Part shown: piece after piece, positions 33,949 through 34,130 of the stretch | How the letters are laid out: each line of letters starts with the position of its first letter | Numbering within the stretch: position 1 is the stretch's first letter | IMG/VR virus record: IMGVR_UViG_3300014962_000002 | Coordinates: 1 to 34,130 of that record | Direction: 5' to 3' (one strand) | DNA: 34,130 nt | Source: a virus | The notes under the pieces: generated by a model | Seen by the model: only the letters and a program-made list of their open reading frames with translations | Databases searched by the model: none | Told to the model about the DNA's origin: nothing | Translations under genes and position numbers: made by a program

Positions 33949-34130
33949 ATGAAATCAATAGTAACAACTACAAACACTACCGAAATCAAAAATGCATTTC
34001 AAAACAAATTCGGGATGATAACAAGTAATACACCTGAAGTAAGAGATTCAGTAGCAAACTACGCAAAGTCTTTAGTAGCTAAACTTCATGAAGAAAAAAA
34101 CAAATCATTAAATAACAAAGCACTCGATTA
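33949..34130 (+). CDS. hypothetical protein, 61 aa, crossing the window junction (stop completed at nt 76-78)
   Basis: Open frame from ATG 33949 to the window end; continues in frame into the repeat copy at the window start. Confidence 0.6.
   Translation, partial: MKSIVTTTNTTEIKNAFQNKFGMITSNTPEVRDSVANYAKSLVAKLHEEKNKSLNNKALD
34054..34130. repeat. Terminal direct repeat, copy 2 (identical to 1-77)
   Basis: 77/77 nt identity. Confidence 0.95.

Noticed and set aside
1-34130. Lysogeny module (integrase, excisionase, CI-type repressor, attP), tRNA genes, reverse transcriptase/DGR, toxin-antitoxin pairs
   Set aside because: No ORF showed tyrosine- or serine-recombinase, RT or other recognisable motifs by eye, and no cloverleaf-capable sequence was found. 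This absence cannot be proven without profile searches.

Overview
The window is a complete, AT-rich tailed-phage genome of about 34 kb. The first 77 nt (1-77) are identical to the last 77 nt (34054-34130), so the molecule closes on itself with a unique length of 34053 bp. One ORF runs across that junction. The genome has two arms. A minus-strand late arm (23483 down to 1339) encodes, in order: a sigma-like regulator, small and large terminase, tail/baseplate proteins, a tape-measure-like protein, an XkdF-like protease, scaffold, major capsid, a tail-tube-like protein, a portal with a MuF-like C-terminus, fibre proteins, a lysis cassette and a metallophosphoesterase. A plus-strand early arm (23876 through the junction to 1305) encodes small membrane and HTH proteins, a Rad52-like annealase plus YqaJ-type exonuclease, an SNF2-helicase/DNA-methyltransferase fusion, replication-organizer-like and DnaA-domain-IV-like proteins, and NinG. 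The arms diverge at about 23.5 kb and converge on a bidirectional terminator at 1312-1340. The host is probably a Bacteroidota (Flavobacteriia-like) bacterium: there are two near-consensus TTTG-N19-TAnnTTTG promoters, start codons have A-rich upstream contexts with no Shine-Dalgarno sequence, and a DUF3127-like protein is present. I saw no integrase, tRNA or CRISPR array. The most interesting signal is non-coding. A complete type I hammerhead ribozyme motif (23802-23859, predicted cleavage after C23853) lies 17 nt upstream of the first early gene. It sits at the 3' end of a roughly 140-nt compositionally aberrant untranslated leader (46% G+C, 12% T by hand count of 23671-23800) that is driven by the strongest promoter in the genome. 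Other items worth follow-up are a T9 slippery run joining two overlapping late ORFs (a -1 frameshift or a homopolymer error), 10-bp-phased AACCGAA repeats inside a replication gene, a long structured hairpin/terminator that may define a small RNA, a unimolecular-spanin candidate, and a terminator-insulated small gene next to 11-bp tandem repeats. All protein functions are inferred from motifs read by eye. No database search was run.
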